From positions 1-60,211 of the forward strand of contig JBDRWI010000005.1 in the NCBI GenBank assembly GCA_039802265.1: a stretch of DNA of 60,211 nucleotides. The letters are read 5' to 3'. This document shows positions 9,501 to 19,239 of this stretch, one piece after another. The first letter of the stretch is position 1; every line of letters starts with the position of its first letter. The position numbers and the translations under genes were made by a program. The DNA comes from a candidate division WOR-3 bacterium. Lineage in GTDB: Bacteria; Hydrothermota; Tepidihabitantia; SM23-42; JAOAFX01. The notes below the pieces were generated by a model, which was not told where the DNA came from, made no database searches, and saw only the letters and a program-made list of their open reading frames with translations.

Positions 9501-11172
9501 GGGTGGCTGGAACTATAATTACTGGGAAACATCGGATAACTACGGATATACGCCAAGTCGTGAAGTAATGAAGAACTACAAGGCGGTCTTTTCAGTTTAT
9601 GAAGATGAATATCCACCCTTTATTCCTGCTCAGCAGGAGACGATAAAGAGATACGAAGAACTCGGCGGCAGAATTGCCTTTGCCTCGCACGATGTCTTAT
9701 GGCATTCCTGGGTGAATAGTTCAAATAAGTCCTACGATACTCTCTGGTGCAAGAATTATATGCAGGTAAGGTTCAAATATGATGGGACAGTAACCGGCAC
9801 TTATAATATCTATGGTGTCAGTGGTGACCCGATAAGCGGGCCGTACTCAAGCACACCAGTGAGTTATACACCGCATCGTGATGGCGCGGCGTACGATTCA
9901 TTGGATGTAGTTCCAACTCCACCCAATGGCTGGGATGCTGGAGGAACTTCCAATCCGGTCTGGCGCTGGAATACAGCAACCGGTGGGAGGATTGGGGCAA
10001 GATGGGAGTCAGGCAACAATCATGGAACACTGGGTAATGGTGTCTGGGGTGGTTATAAGACCCGCACAATATTCAATGGCTTTTCTATAACCCAGATGGA
10101 TACTACAAAACTTCCGGATATCCTTAATAATCACTTCATCTGGCTCATCGGCCATGACCATCCGGATGTAACCCTTACCTCACCAGTCGGTGGTAATACC
10201 TATACAACAAGTCCGATCACAATCTCCTGGACTGCCACTGCCTATGGCGGGGCAGCAATTGATACAATCTGGCTTGAATACTCTCCTGATGCCGGTCAGA
10301 CCTGGTATCTAATCGCCTCAGGCACAAACCTTACTTCACCCTACTCCTGGAATGTCAGTAGTCTGCAAAACAGGAATACCTACCGGGTGAGGATAACCGT
10401 CTGTGATAAGAATGTCTATCCTTCAATGAAGGGTGTTGCCCAGACGACCAATTTTGCGATAAATATCCCGGGGAATGACGATTTAGGACCAAAGGTTATT
10501 CCCAATTCAATTGTTGTTGCAAATAACCCAAAGTTTGTGACCTCAACGGATACGCTTCTACCATTCACCGCAGTGATAAGCGATTCTGAAACCGGAATGA
10601 GCACAATCGGTGCAGCAAGTTACATTGCCAAGAGCCCGACCGGAAATACAACCGGTGAACAGCCAATGCAGGTCTCTGATGGCAACTGGGATGAAATCTT
10701 GGAGGATGTGAATGCCTCAATTAGACTTATGTATATCCCCGGCGCGATCAATGTCTGTTCACTATTTGTTCGTGGTAGGGATAATGCAACACTGCGGGCA
10801 CAGAACTGGGGTGCCTGGTATTATCGCACATTCACACTGATAAATGGCGATATTCTTCCAGTAGGAATTGACGAGATAAGAACTAAGACTCCAACCGCTT
10901 ACGCACTTTCAAATCCTCTGCCCAATCCAGCCAGAGGGTCAGTCAGGATAAACTATTCAATCCCATACACCAGTAATGTCACTCTTAAGATTTGCAACTG
11001 TCTGGGTCAGGTCGTGCGCACACTGATTGATAAAGAGCAGGAACCTGGTTCATATACCATGGTCTGGGATGGTAAAGACGACAAAGGACGCAAACTTGCA
11101 TCGGGAATTTATTTTTACCAGTTTGCTGCCGGTGAGTTTAAGGACATCAAAAAGGCGGTACTACTAAAGTGA
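6565..11172 (+). CDS. Secreted S8 subtilase (KP-43-like) with beta-sandwich/FN3 domains and T9SS/FlgD-type CTD
   Basis: Signal peptide; triad HTSDTG, HGTHTAG, GTSMACP; SSNSWG, SPATAKN, SSRGPT, ITVVWTDYPG, NDLDL; CTD PNP...WDGKD...SGIYFY. Confidence 0.92.
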   Translation: MKRILLSLMVLFFVLGLANSVTSPKTASRSIPGETKGNKLENFEGPDAIPKFLDETKAQFIPAKYGDGTKIIFSNGIYFDTKFLGKDGEPDLPEELKIQYREDESGYYIVQFSGPIYEIQKKWLEENGANIHFYIPNYGFVVSVKNRTQIEAIRTNPSVNWAGIYQPAYKISKMFNRVGEEHIVTILLFMDSDIALVLDEIKAITKKTEFAIVDNGINKIIRGVINKKDLSAIAHIKGVYWIEPYIRPVVNNDYVQWIVQSGTSGVRSIWAKGIAGEGEIVHTSDTGINCNHYAHLSGSSPITTWGDYPSHNAIIAYKPGGPSDKVLFGDGQGGGSYHGTHTAGTITGDDTLTSGGSARDGVAKRSRIYFTDIGGSADTLWIFGDLNELFILPYNGNSAGGARVSSNSWGAAVAGEYTAEAQQVDQFMWAHRDFLICMSNGNEGPGTNTVGSPATAKNCASIGASDNGSTYYTYLASYSSRGPTDDGRQKPTVLAPGGYYAYVYSSTSGTNTYGGMQGTSMACPGAAGAAALARQYLREGWYPSGKKTAGNAWSYISAAMLKAILVNSADTNMRQGTNGYIPNNNLGWGRINLDSTLYFSGEARKTLLLDDTIGVLTGERKDYHFNVPSGAANLKITVVWTDYPGNPAVLKQIVNDLDLYCQIGSTFYRGNQYSNGQSVANPAGRDSLNVEECVRVNSPTAGDWLVRIEGRNVPFGPQPFALVITYTATAVAGVVSTDKPVYRANDFIIDTVRVRVEDPNYGAVGIRDTVRVVLSGKYIETQPETLKCVELAESSYIFKGEIPLLFRGATHNDGRLSVCQGDTIYVSYTDNSPSYTSTTWAGVDAWYFVISNVHCENISATSVDVCWTTNEGSNSKVYYGTNPTNLNQIVSVDTPYCIPHRVRLSGLSENTIYYYDVESRDFRGNVVRDNNNGQHYTFKTGSQTGVDILVLLCDGVNDATPTGQPLPNLRERFRKAIELGGWNYNYWETSDNYGYTPSREVMKNYKAVFSVYEDEYPPFIPAQQETIKRYEELGGRIAFASHDVLWHSWVNSSNKSYDTLWCKNYMQVRFKYDGTVTGTYNIYGVSGDPISGPYSSTPVSYTPHRDGAAYDSLDVVPTPPNGWDAGGTSNPVWRWNTATGGRIGARWESGNNHGTLGNGVWGGYKTRTIFNGFSITQMDTTKLPDILNNHFIWLIGHDHPDVTLTSPVGGNTYTTSPITISWTATAYGGAAIDTIWLEYSPDAGQTWYLIASGTNLTSPYSWNVSSLQNRNTYRVRITVCDKNVYPSMKGVAQTTNFAINIPGNDDLGPKVIPNSIVVANNPKFVTSTDTLLPFTAVISDSETGMSTIGAASYIAKSPTGNTTGEQPMQVSDGNWDEILEDVNASIRLMYIPGAINVCSLFVRGRDNATLRAQNWGAWYYRTFTLINGDILPVGIDEIRTKTPTAYALSNPLPNPARGSVRINYSIPYTSNVTLKICNCLGQVVRTLIDKEQEPGSYTMVWDGKDDKGRKLASGIYFYQFAAGEFKDIKKAVLLK

Positions 11173-11177
11173 AAGAA

Positions 11178-11216
11178 AGGAAGGGTAGGGGGTGTTTTTC
11201 ACTCTCTACCCTTCCT
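11178..11216. terminator. Strong hairpin directly after the S8 gene (terminator or mRNA-stabilising stem)
   Basis: AGGAAGGGTAGGGGGTG-TTTTT-CACTCTCTACCCTTCCT, a 17-bp stem with two G.U pairs; no U-tract on the plus strand. Confidence 0.65.
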
Positions 11217-11255
11217 AACAAATAAAGAACTAATTGCATTTGTAGGGAGGTAAAT

Positions 11256-14200
11256 ATTAAAAAGATTATAACTCTATTATTGACATACTCTCTGATATTA
11301 TCCGCCCAAGGGTTTGGTGCCCGATATCTGATAATTACCCATGATAATTTCTATAATCATATCCTGCCCCTTGCCCGATGGAAGCATAAGAAAGGGATGA
11401 AGACAAAGGTTGTCAAACTCTCTGAGATTGGCTCAACCGCACCCCAGATTAGAGACTATATTGTCAATGCCTATAATAACTGGCAGATAAAACCTGAATA
11501 TGTCCTATTTGTCGGTGCCCCCAATTTCATCCCTTTCCCTCTGGTCTTGGGCTGGAATTCAGATAACTATTATACCAATATAACCGGTGATTTGTATAAT
11601 GAAATCCTTTCAGGCAGATTGACCGTTCGTGATACAATTCAGGCAAAGACTGTGGTGAATAAGATCCTTGCCTATGAGAGAAATCCCAATACTACAGATA
11701 CCCTCTGGTTTAAAAGGGCATGTCTCATTGCCAATGAGGACTATGGTTATTATCCACCAGTGGGTAATGATACAGTCTACTGGAATGATGTCCGGCACGC
11801 CAGAAGTCTTATGCTTGCCAATGGCTATGACTTAGTTGATACATTATCCTGTGGTCTGGGGAATAATGCCAGTAATGTCTATCAATCAATAAATAGTGGC
11901 CGAGGATTTCTAATGTATCGGGGGTCAGGTCTGGGGAACTGGGAATATCCATTTGAATGTTATCCTCAATATTATACAACAAATGGCACAAAACTACCAA
12001 TTGTTCTATCCTTTACCTGCTGTACGATTGGAACCGGTTCAACGCCGGCTGAGGCTGAAATGTGGTTTTTATGTGGAACACCAACGAGTTTAAAGGGTGG
12101 GGCGGGTTATTTTGCCACAACAACCGTTGGTGGTGGTTTTATCACCTTTCTAAGGAGCGCGGTCTCACGGGGCTTCTTTGATGCCGTATTCGTAGATAGA
12201 AAGAGGACCTTTGGCGAGGCGTGTGAAGGTGGCAGGGTCAGGGTCTATACAATGTATCCATATCAGGGTGGTGACGAAGAATATGTCGGTTTTACAACAA
12301 TCGGTGACCCGGAGATGAATCTCTGGACTGCAGTGCCCTGTTCACTTTCGGTTACCCATCCCCAGTTGATTCCATTTGGAAGTGCCAATTTCTCAGTCAA
12401 TGTTCGCGGGGCAACCAATGCCCAGCCAATAGTTGATGCCTTTGTCTGTATTACCGCAAAACAGGACACAAATATTTATGCCCTTGATACAACCGATAAT
12501 AACGGCAATGCATATTTCTCAATTAATCCGATGGTTGTTGGTGATACAGTTTATGTGACAGTTACGGGCAGAAACCTGAAACCCTATGAAGGATTTATGA
12601 TTGTTAGTGCATTAAACACGCCTTATGTAGTCTACTTACGTTCAATAATTGACGATTCACTATCAGGCAATAACAACCATTTAATCAATCCGGGAGAGAC
12701 GATAAACTTGCCCCTCTGGGTGAAGAACTGGGGTGAGAGCGCTGCCTACAATGTTTCTGGAATATTAAGAACCAACGACCCCTATACTACAATAACCGAT
12801 TCAATCAAGTCCTTCGGCCTGATTTTAGGACATGACTCCGCCTTTACCGGAAGTGATGGCTATAAATTTTCTCTTAACTCAAACTGTCCTGATCTCCACA
12901 TTATCCCTTTTGACCTGGCCTGTCGGGATTTGAATGATTCAGTATGGATATCCCATTTCAGCCATATCGTCTATGCGCCCCTTTTGACCTTTCAGGAGAT
13001 GCAGATCAGTGGGGGAAATGGTAATTCTAACTTAGAAGCAGGTGAGACGGTCTTTGTGCGGGTAAAAATAAAGAATATAGGCCATTCTCCAATAGATAAT
13101 GTGGATGCAATACTACAGAGCCTTTCTGGTTATCTGGGGGTGATTGATTCATCAGGCTATTATGGGCATATCGGAATTGATAGCACAGCTATAAACAATT
13201 CCAATCCCTTTGTGGTTTATGCAGACCCATCAACACCCCAGGGGACAGCTGTCAATCTGAGAATAATTCTTTCTGCGCCCTTCTACACTGATACGCTCCT
13301 TTTCTCTTTAGTGATCGGCAAATGGGATTATTATATCTGGAATCCGGACCAGACCCCACAACCGGGTCAGAATATGCATGGCATTCTTTCCAGCCTTGGT
13401 TATTCAGGTGAGATTGGCTCAAACCTGCCTGCCGAGCTCCAGTACTACAACGTTATCTTTGTCTGTCTGGGTGTATTTCCCAATAACCATGTGATTCCCA
13501 ATGGCAGTACCGAGGCAATTAGATTACAGGAATTTGCAAATGCCGGAGGTAGGCTCTATATGGAAGGCGGTGATGTCTGGTGCTATGACCCGGCAATGGG
13601 TGGGCATAACTTCTGCCCACTCTTTGGCTTGAATCCAGAGAATGACGGTGGTTCAAATATGGGACCGGTTGCCGGTATCTCTGGGACATTTACCAATGGG
13701 ATGTTTTTCAATTATTCAGGGGAGAATCAGTGGATGGACCATATTGGCCCTGCTGCCACCGGTTCCTTCTTGATCTTTCGGGATTATGACAATAATTTTA
13801 ACTGCGGGGTTGCCTATGATGCCGGGACCTATCGCACCGTTGCTACTTCATTTGAACTTGGACTGCTCGTTGACGCCGCACCTCCTTCTACAAGGTCGGC
13901 GCTCCTTGATTCAATAATGCACTTCTTTGGTGTATCTCAGGGTGTTGAAGAGACTGACCTGCAAGCCAATAATCCATACATCCCATCCTTAACTGTCTAT
14001 CCCAATCCATTCCATGAGAAGACAGAAATCAGATATGAGATAAGAGATATGGGCAGCTATATGTCTGTTTATCCTGTATCCCATATCTCACATCTCCCAT
14101 CAGCCAGCATAAAAATCTACGACATCACCGGTCGGCTGGTTAGAGATTTTTCACAATTAACGGCAGACGATCAACGGCCAGTGGTAATTTGGGATGGCAC

Positions 14201-14297
14201 CGATGATTTTGGTAGAAGACTTTCCGCTGGTATCTATTTTGTGTGCCTGAAAGCGGGTAATTATAAAGAGATTGAAAAGGTGATACTATTAAAGTAA
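11256..14297 (+). CDS. Secreted C25-family protein with Ig-like domains and CTD; probable ATT start at 11256 (track: TTG 11280); catalytic His apparently replaced by Ser
   Basis: GGGAGG SD 5 nt before ATT gives signal peptide (M)KKIITLLLTYSLILSAQGFG. YLIITHD, SDNYY, SGRL, YRGSG, SFTCC, IGDPEM; CTD. Confidence 0.82.
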   Translation: MKKIITLLLTYSLILSAQGFGARYLIITHDNFYNHILPLARWKHKKGMKTKVVKLSEIGSTAPQIRDYIVNAYNNWQIKPEYVLFVGAPNFIPFPLVLGWNSDNYYTNITGDLYNEILSGRLTVRDTIQAKTVVNKILAYERNPNTTDTLWFKRACLIANEDYGYYPPVGNDTVYWNDVRHARSLMLANGYDLVDTLSCGLGNNASNVYQSINSGRGFLMYRGSGLGNWEYPFECYPQYYTTNGTKLPIVLSFTCCTIGTGSTPAEAEMWFLCGTPTSLKGGAGYFATTTVGGGFITFLRSAVSRGFFDAVFVDRKRTFGEACEGGRVRVYTMYPYQGGDEEYVGFTTIGDPEMNLWTAVPCSLSVTHPQLIPFGSANFSVNVRGATNAQPIVDAFVCITAKQDTNIYALDTTDNNGNAYFSINPMVVGDTVYVTVTGRNLKPYEGFMIVSALNTPYVVYLRSIIDDSLSGNNNHLINPGETINLPLWVKNWGESAAYNVSGILRTNDPYTTITDSIKSFGLILGHDSAFTGSDGYKFSLNSNCPDLHIIPFDLACRDLNDSVWISHFSHIVYAPLLTFQEMQISGGNGNSNLEAGETVFVRVKIKNIGHSPIDNVDAILQSLSGYLGVIDSSGYYGHIGIDSTAINNSNPFVVYADPSTPQGTAVNLRIILSAPFYTDTLLFSLVIGKWDYYIWNPDQTPQPGQNMHGILSSLGYSGEIGSNLPAELQYYNVIFVCLGVFPNNHVIPNGSTEAIRLQEFANAGGRLYMEGGDVWCYDPAMGGHNFCPLFGLNPENDGGSNMGPVAGISGTFTNGMFFNYSGENQWMDHIGPAATGSFLIFRDYDNNFNCGVAYDAGTYRTVATSFELGLLVDAAPPSTRSALLDSIMHFFGVSQGVEETDLQANNPYIPSLTVYPNPFHEKTEIRYEIRDMGSYMSVYPVSHISHLPSASIKIYDITGRLVRDFSQLTADDQRPVVIWDGTDDFGRRLSAGIYFVCLKAGNYKEIEKVILLK
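14022..14144 (+). repeat. 123-bp dispersed repeat, copy 2, containing in-frame hairpin (14031-14095)
   Basis: Three substitutions relative to 6158-6280. Confidence 0.9.
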
Positions 14298-14313
14298 AAG
14301 ATGGGGAGATAAT

Positions 14314-15030
14314 CTAAATCTTGAACTTCCAGCCCAGATACAACTCCCTTGCCTTCGGGTCGTTGATTAAGGTCTGGGCATCTCCAGAGAGCAAGACCTT
14401 AGAGTCATAGATTAGATAAGCCCGGTCGGTAATCTCAAGGGTCTCCCTAACATTGTGGTCAGAGATTAAGATTCCGATTCCCTTTTTTTTTAAATTCAGG
14501 ATAATCTCCTGGAGTTCGGCCCGGGCAATCGGATCAATCCCGGTGAATGGCTCATCTAAGAGTAGATACTTTGGCTGACTTATCAATGCCCGGGCAATTT
14601 CTACCCTTCTCCTTTCTCCGCCCGAGAGGGCGTATGCCTTCTGATTTTGCAGGGAGGAGAGGCGGAATTCTTCAAGGAGTTTCAATGCCCCTTCCTTTGC
14701 CTCTTTTGCCTTGGTACCGGTAATTTCATATATTGCAAGCAAATTCTCCAGGACGGTCATCTTTCTAAAGACACTCGGCTCCTGACATAAAAAGGATATT
14801 CCCATCCTTGCCCTTTTATACATTGGCAAATTGGTTATCCGCTGTTCATCAAGGAAGATATCGCCACCGTTGGGGATGAGGAGTCCAACGATCATGTGAA
14901 AGGTTGTGGTCTTACCGGCGCCATTTGGCCCTAAAAGCCCCACAATCTCACCCTGATTTATCTGAAGGTTAACCTGATTGACAACCGTCCTCTTTCCGAA
15001 TATCTTGGTCAACCCTTCAGTCTTTAGCAT
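14314..15030 (-). CDS. lptB: LPS export ABC transporter ATP-binding protein
   Basis: GPNGAGKTT, QEPSVF, LSGGERRRVEIAR, LLDEPF, DHNVRETL; follows lptC/lptA. Confidence 0.95.
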   Translation of the reverse strand: MLKTEGLTKIFGKRTVVNQVNLQINQGEIVGLLGPNGAGKTTTFHMIVGLLIPNGGDIFLDEQRITNLPMYKRARMGISFLCQEPSVFRKMTVLENLLAIYEITGTKAKEAKEGALKLLEEFRLSSLQNQKAYALSGGERRRVEIARALISQPKYLLLDEPFTGIDPIARAELQEIILNLKKKGIGILISDHNVRETLEITDRAYLIYDSKVLLSGDAQTLINDPKARELYLGWKFKI

Positions 15031-15934
15031 TCTGTTTCTCCTTCAACTTTAATAACCCCTTTGGATTTCCCTCAACAATTACTCGCTTTGCCCGACTTTG
15101 CTCAAATTGAATTGTTATCATAGATCCCTCAACAAGATTATGGGAATTCTCCTGGGTCCAATAGTCTCCTTTTCCATTGTAAACCTTAAAGTATTCAATA
15201 TCTTTATCTTTTAAAAGAAATTCACCCGAGTCTCCGCGCAATTCATTATTTTTTTCCTTTACTACTGGTCTTTTCAAAAAGCCCTGTTCATTTTTTAGAT
15301 TATATTCTATTGTATCACAGAAGATGGTGATGCTGTCTATTATTCCTTCAATTGAATCATAGCCAAAAAATTTGTTCTCGCTGTTTAAAAGAAAAAATTC
15401 CCTCGCCTTTATTACAATCGGACTCTTATCCTCTCTTAAGATTTCCAGATACGGACTTTGGGTAAGGGCACCCCGCTCGTTATCAATTTCATACCAGCCA
15501 TCCTCGCCATAGGCAATCTGTTTATTTTGCAGGTCTTCAATCTTTATATTATGGCGCATCCTTACAATCTTTTTAAGTCCGTCATAGTTTAATGAATCAG
15601 CAGTAAATATCTGCTCTTTATGGTAGAGCGAGACATCTCCAGTAAGCAACCCCGATTTAGATTCAAAGTAGTAGGTAGCATTATTTGCCCTTATCCTGCC
15701 ATCCGGATTGGTTATCAAGATACTGTCCTTTAAGATAACATTGCCCCTGGTCTCGTTGAGCTCTGCCTCCAGACAGGTGATAATCGTGCTCTCCTGTTCA
15801 ATTATAACATTACCGAAGAGATAGACAATACTTTCATTATTCTCCCTGACAATCTCAACCCTGTCCGCCCGGAATGGAGTAAGGGCGATTAGACAGCAAG
15901 GAGCAAGAAGCGAAGAGAAATAAAGCACGGTCAT
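15017..15934 (-). CDS. lptA: LptA/OstA-like beta-jellyroll LPS transport protein
   Basis: ADRVE...GNVII repeats, signal-like N-terminus, position between lptC and lptB. Confidence 0.7.
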   Translation of the reverse strand: MTVLYFSSLLAPCCLIALTPFRADRVEIVRENNESIVYLFGNVIIEQESTIITCLEAELNETRGNVILKDSILITNPDGRIRANNATYYFESKSGLLTGDVSLYHKEQIFTADSLNYDGLKKIVRMRHNIKIEDLQNKQIAYGEDGWYEIDNERGALTQSPYLEILREDKSPIVIKAREFFLLNSENKFFGYDSIEGIIDSITIFCDTIEYNLKNEQGFLKRPVVKEKNNELRGDSGEFLLKDKDIEYFKVYNGKGDYWTQENSHNLVEGSMITIQFEQSRAKRVIVEGNPKGLLKLKEKQNAKD

Positions 15935-16473
15935 TTTATATTCGGAAATTGAATTGGTGAAGTGCCTTTTATATCACCAATTATTTCTATTCTTGTTAAA
16001 TCCGGGGTTGTTTTGAGACCATTTCCCTCAATCGTTGTGCTATCCCTTTTTATTATGCGCACATAGGAATTGGTCAGAATCTTTTGTGAATCATTCTGCC
16101 AGAACAGAGAATCGGTAAAGAGTGTAGTTGAGTCCCTGGTAAAGAGAACTACTGAGTCACGCACCAGTATGTTGTGCGTCCGGGTATTCAGCTTACCGGT
16201 AATGCTTGAAAGACGGGCGAATTCCTTTCCCGTTGTATCAAAGAAGACAACCAGGACAGTATCAACACTGATTATCTCATCATAAACATTGGCGAAATCC
16301 GCATAGAGGGTCCATTTCTTTTTACCTCCATGGGTTTCGGTAAGGGTGAAATTTTCCAGAACAAAGCGGGGCATAGTTATTTCAATCTTTTCGGCTATGT
16401 TATCTTCTTTACAATTAGACAAGAGAAAAAGATTTATTACTACAAGAGCAGAAAAATAGCGTAAATAATTCAT
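15931..16473 (-). CDS. lptC: LPS export periplasmic protein LptC
   Basis: N-terminal anchor with lipobox-like LSNC; W-x-L-x-A, L-x-TDSL-x-W, IEGNGL; operon context. Confidence 0.8.
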   Translation of the reverse strand: MNYLRYFSALVVINLFLLSNCKEDNIAEKIEITMPRFVLENFTLTETHGGKKKWTLYADFANVYDEIISVDTVLVVFFDTTGKEFARLSSITGKLNTRTHNILVRDSVVLFTRDSTTLFTDSLFWQNDSQKILTNSYVRIIKRDSTTIEGNGLKTTPDLTRIEIIGDIKGTSPIQFPNIK

Positions 16474-17108
16474 ATACCTTTACTTCGGGATTTATAAAAC
16501 CACCAGTAATCGTAAGGACGCGAATGGATAAGGTCTTCTAAATTGCAGTTAATCTTTAAAGTAGCGATACCATTTTCCAAAAAAATTCCAAATGGAATCA
16601 AACAGGCGCCGGTTAGCAAGGCGAGTCTTTTAATTCTTTGAAATTTTGAATAAAGTTCATCACCGTCAATCAAGGTACAGAATATTCCCTTTTCCTTTAT
16701 AAATTTTATAATCTTTCTTATATCACCTTTATAAAATACTACAACGCCATTTTTGCTTCTTATCTTGAAAAGTAACTTGTCAAATAGCTTGGCAATACAG
16801 GTTTTGTTATAATCCGCATAACGATTTGTAATAATGCCCATTTTGTATCCCTGCCGGGCAAGGAGTTTTGGCATTATCTCCCAGATGCCAAAATGGCAGG
16901 AATAGAGAATTGCCCCGTTATTTAATCTCGGCAGTTCCCCAACAATTTGGTATTTATAATCAGGATTTATCATAAAGGCAAGATTCTTTGCGATATGTTT
17001 GAAAAGGAGCCAGACATTTCCCCTGAAGCGCCTTTTGAGATGTCGGCGCCGCTGATGATTGCACCAGTAAAGGATCACCAATAGGGAATAAATTAAATAA
17101 AATAACAA
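16470..17108 (-). CDS. Short LpxL/HtrB-like lysophospholipid acyltransferase
   Basis: HFGIWE (H-x4-E) motif, N-terminal TM, LID block. Confidence 0.65.
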   Translation of the reverse strand: MLFYLIYSLLVILYWCNHQRRRHLKRRFRGNVWLLFKHIAKNLAFMINPDYKYQIVGELPRLNNGAILYSCHFGIWEIMPKLLARQGYKMGIITNRYADYNKTCIAKLFDKLLFKIRSKNGVVVFYKGDIRKIIKFIKEKGIFCTLIDGDELYSKFQRIKRLALLTGACLIPFGIFLENGIATLKINCNLEDLIHSRPYDYWWFYKSRSKGI

Positions 17109-17113
17109 GTTTA

Positions 17114-18771
<1,658 letters not shown>

Positions 18772-18793
18772 GAAATGATTTTTAAGGGCAATA

Positions 18794-18821
18794 TTGATTT
18801 TTTATTAAATCAGAATAATAT
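18794..18821 (+). promoter_or_regulatory. Sigma70-like promoter, probably leaderless
   Basis: TTGATT-N16-TAATAT, 7 nt to ATG 18829. Confidence 0.5.
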
Positions 18822-18828
18822 ATTTATA

Positions 18829-19221
18829 ATGAACGGAATTAATGCCTTGACCAGGATACTTGAAAAAGACCCCAGGTATAAGAAGGAGGCATACTTCTTT
18901 GTTCTTGAGGCACTGGATTATTCAAGAAAGAAATTTAAGGTTGAAAGGCATGTAACCGGGCGCCAACTTCTGGAGGGTATCAAGGAGTTGGCGCTAAATC
19001 GATTCGGTCCAATGGCAAAGTTGGTTTTTGAATACTGGGGCGTAAGAGAGACCATTGACTTTGGCAATATTGTCTTCAATATGGTGGAGGAAAAAATTTT
19101 GAGCAAAACCGAAGAGGATAAGCTTGAAGATTTCAAAGATGTATATAACTTTGAGGAGGTCTTTGTAGCAAACTACAAACCCCGGTTTTCTAAAAATAAA
19201 AAGGGAGAGAATTTAAGATGA
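18829..19221 (+). CDS. Minf_1886-family conserved hypothetical protein; start moved to ATG 18829
   Basis: DPRY...AYFFV..AL, RHVTGRQLLEG, FGPMA..V...WG, DFGNIVFNMV pattern recalled for this family. Confidence 0.75.
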   Translation: MNGINALTRILEKDPRYKKEAYFFVLEALDYSRKKFKVERHVTGRQLLEGIKELALNRFGPMAKLVFEYWGVRETIDFGNIVFNMVEEKILSKTEEDKLEDFKDVYNFEEVFVANYKPRFSKNKKGENLR

Positions 19222-19239
19222 TGGTGAAAGGAGGTTAAG

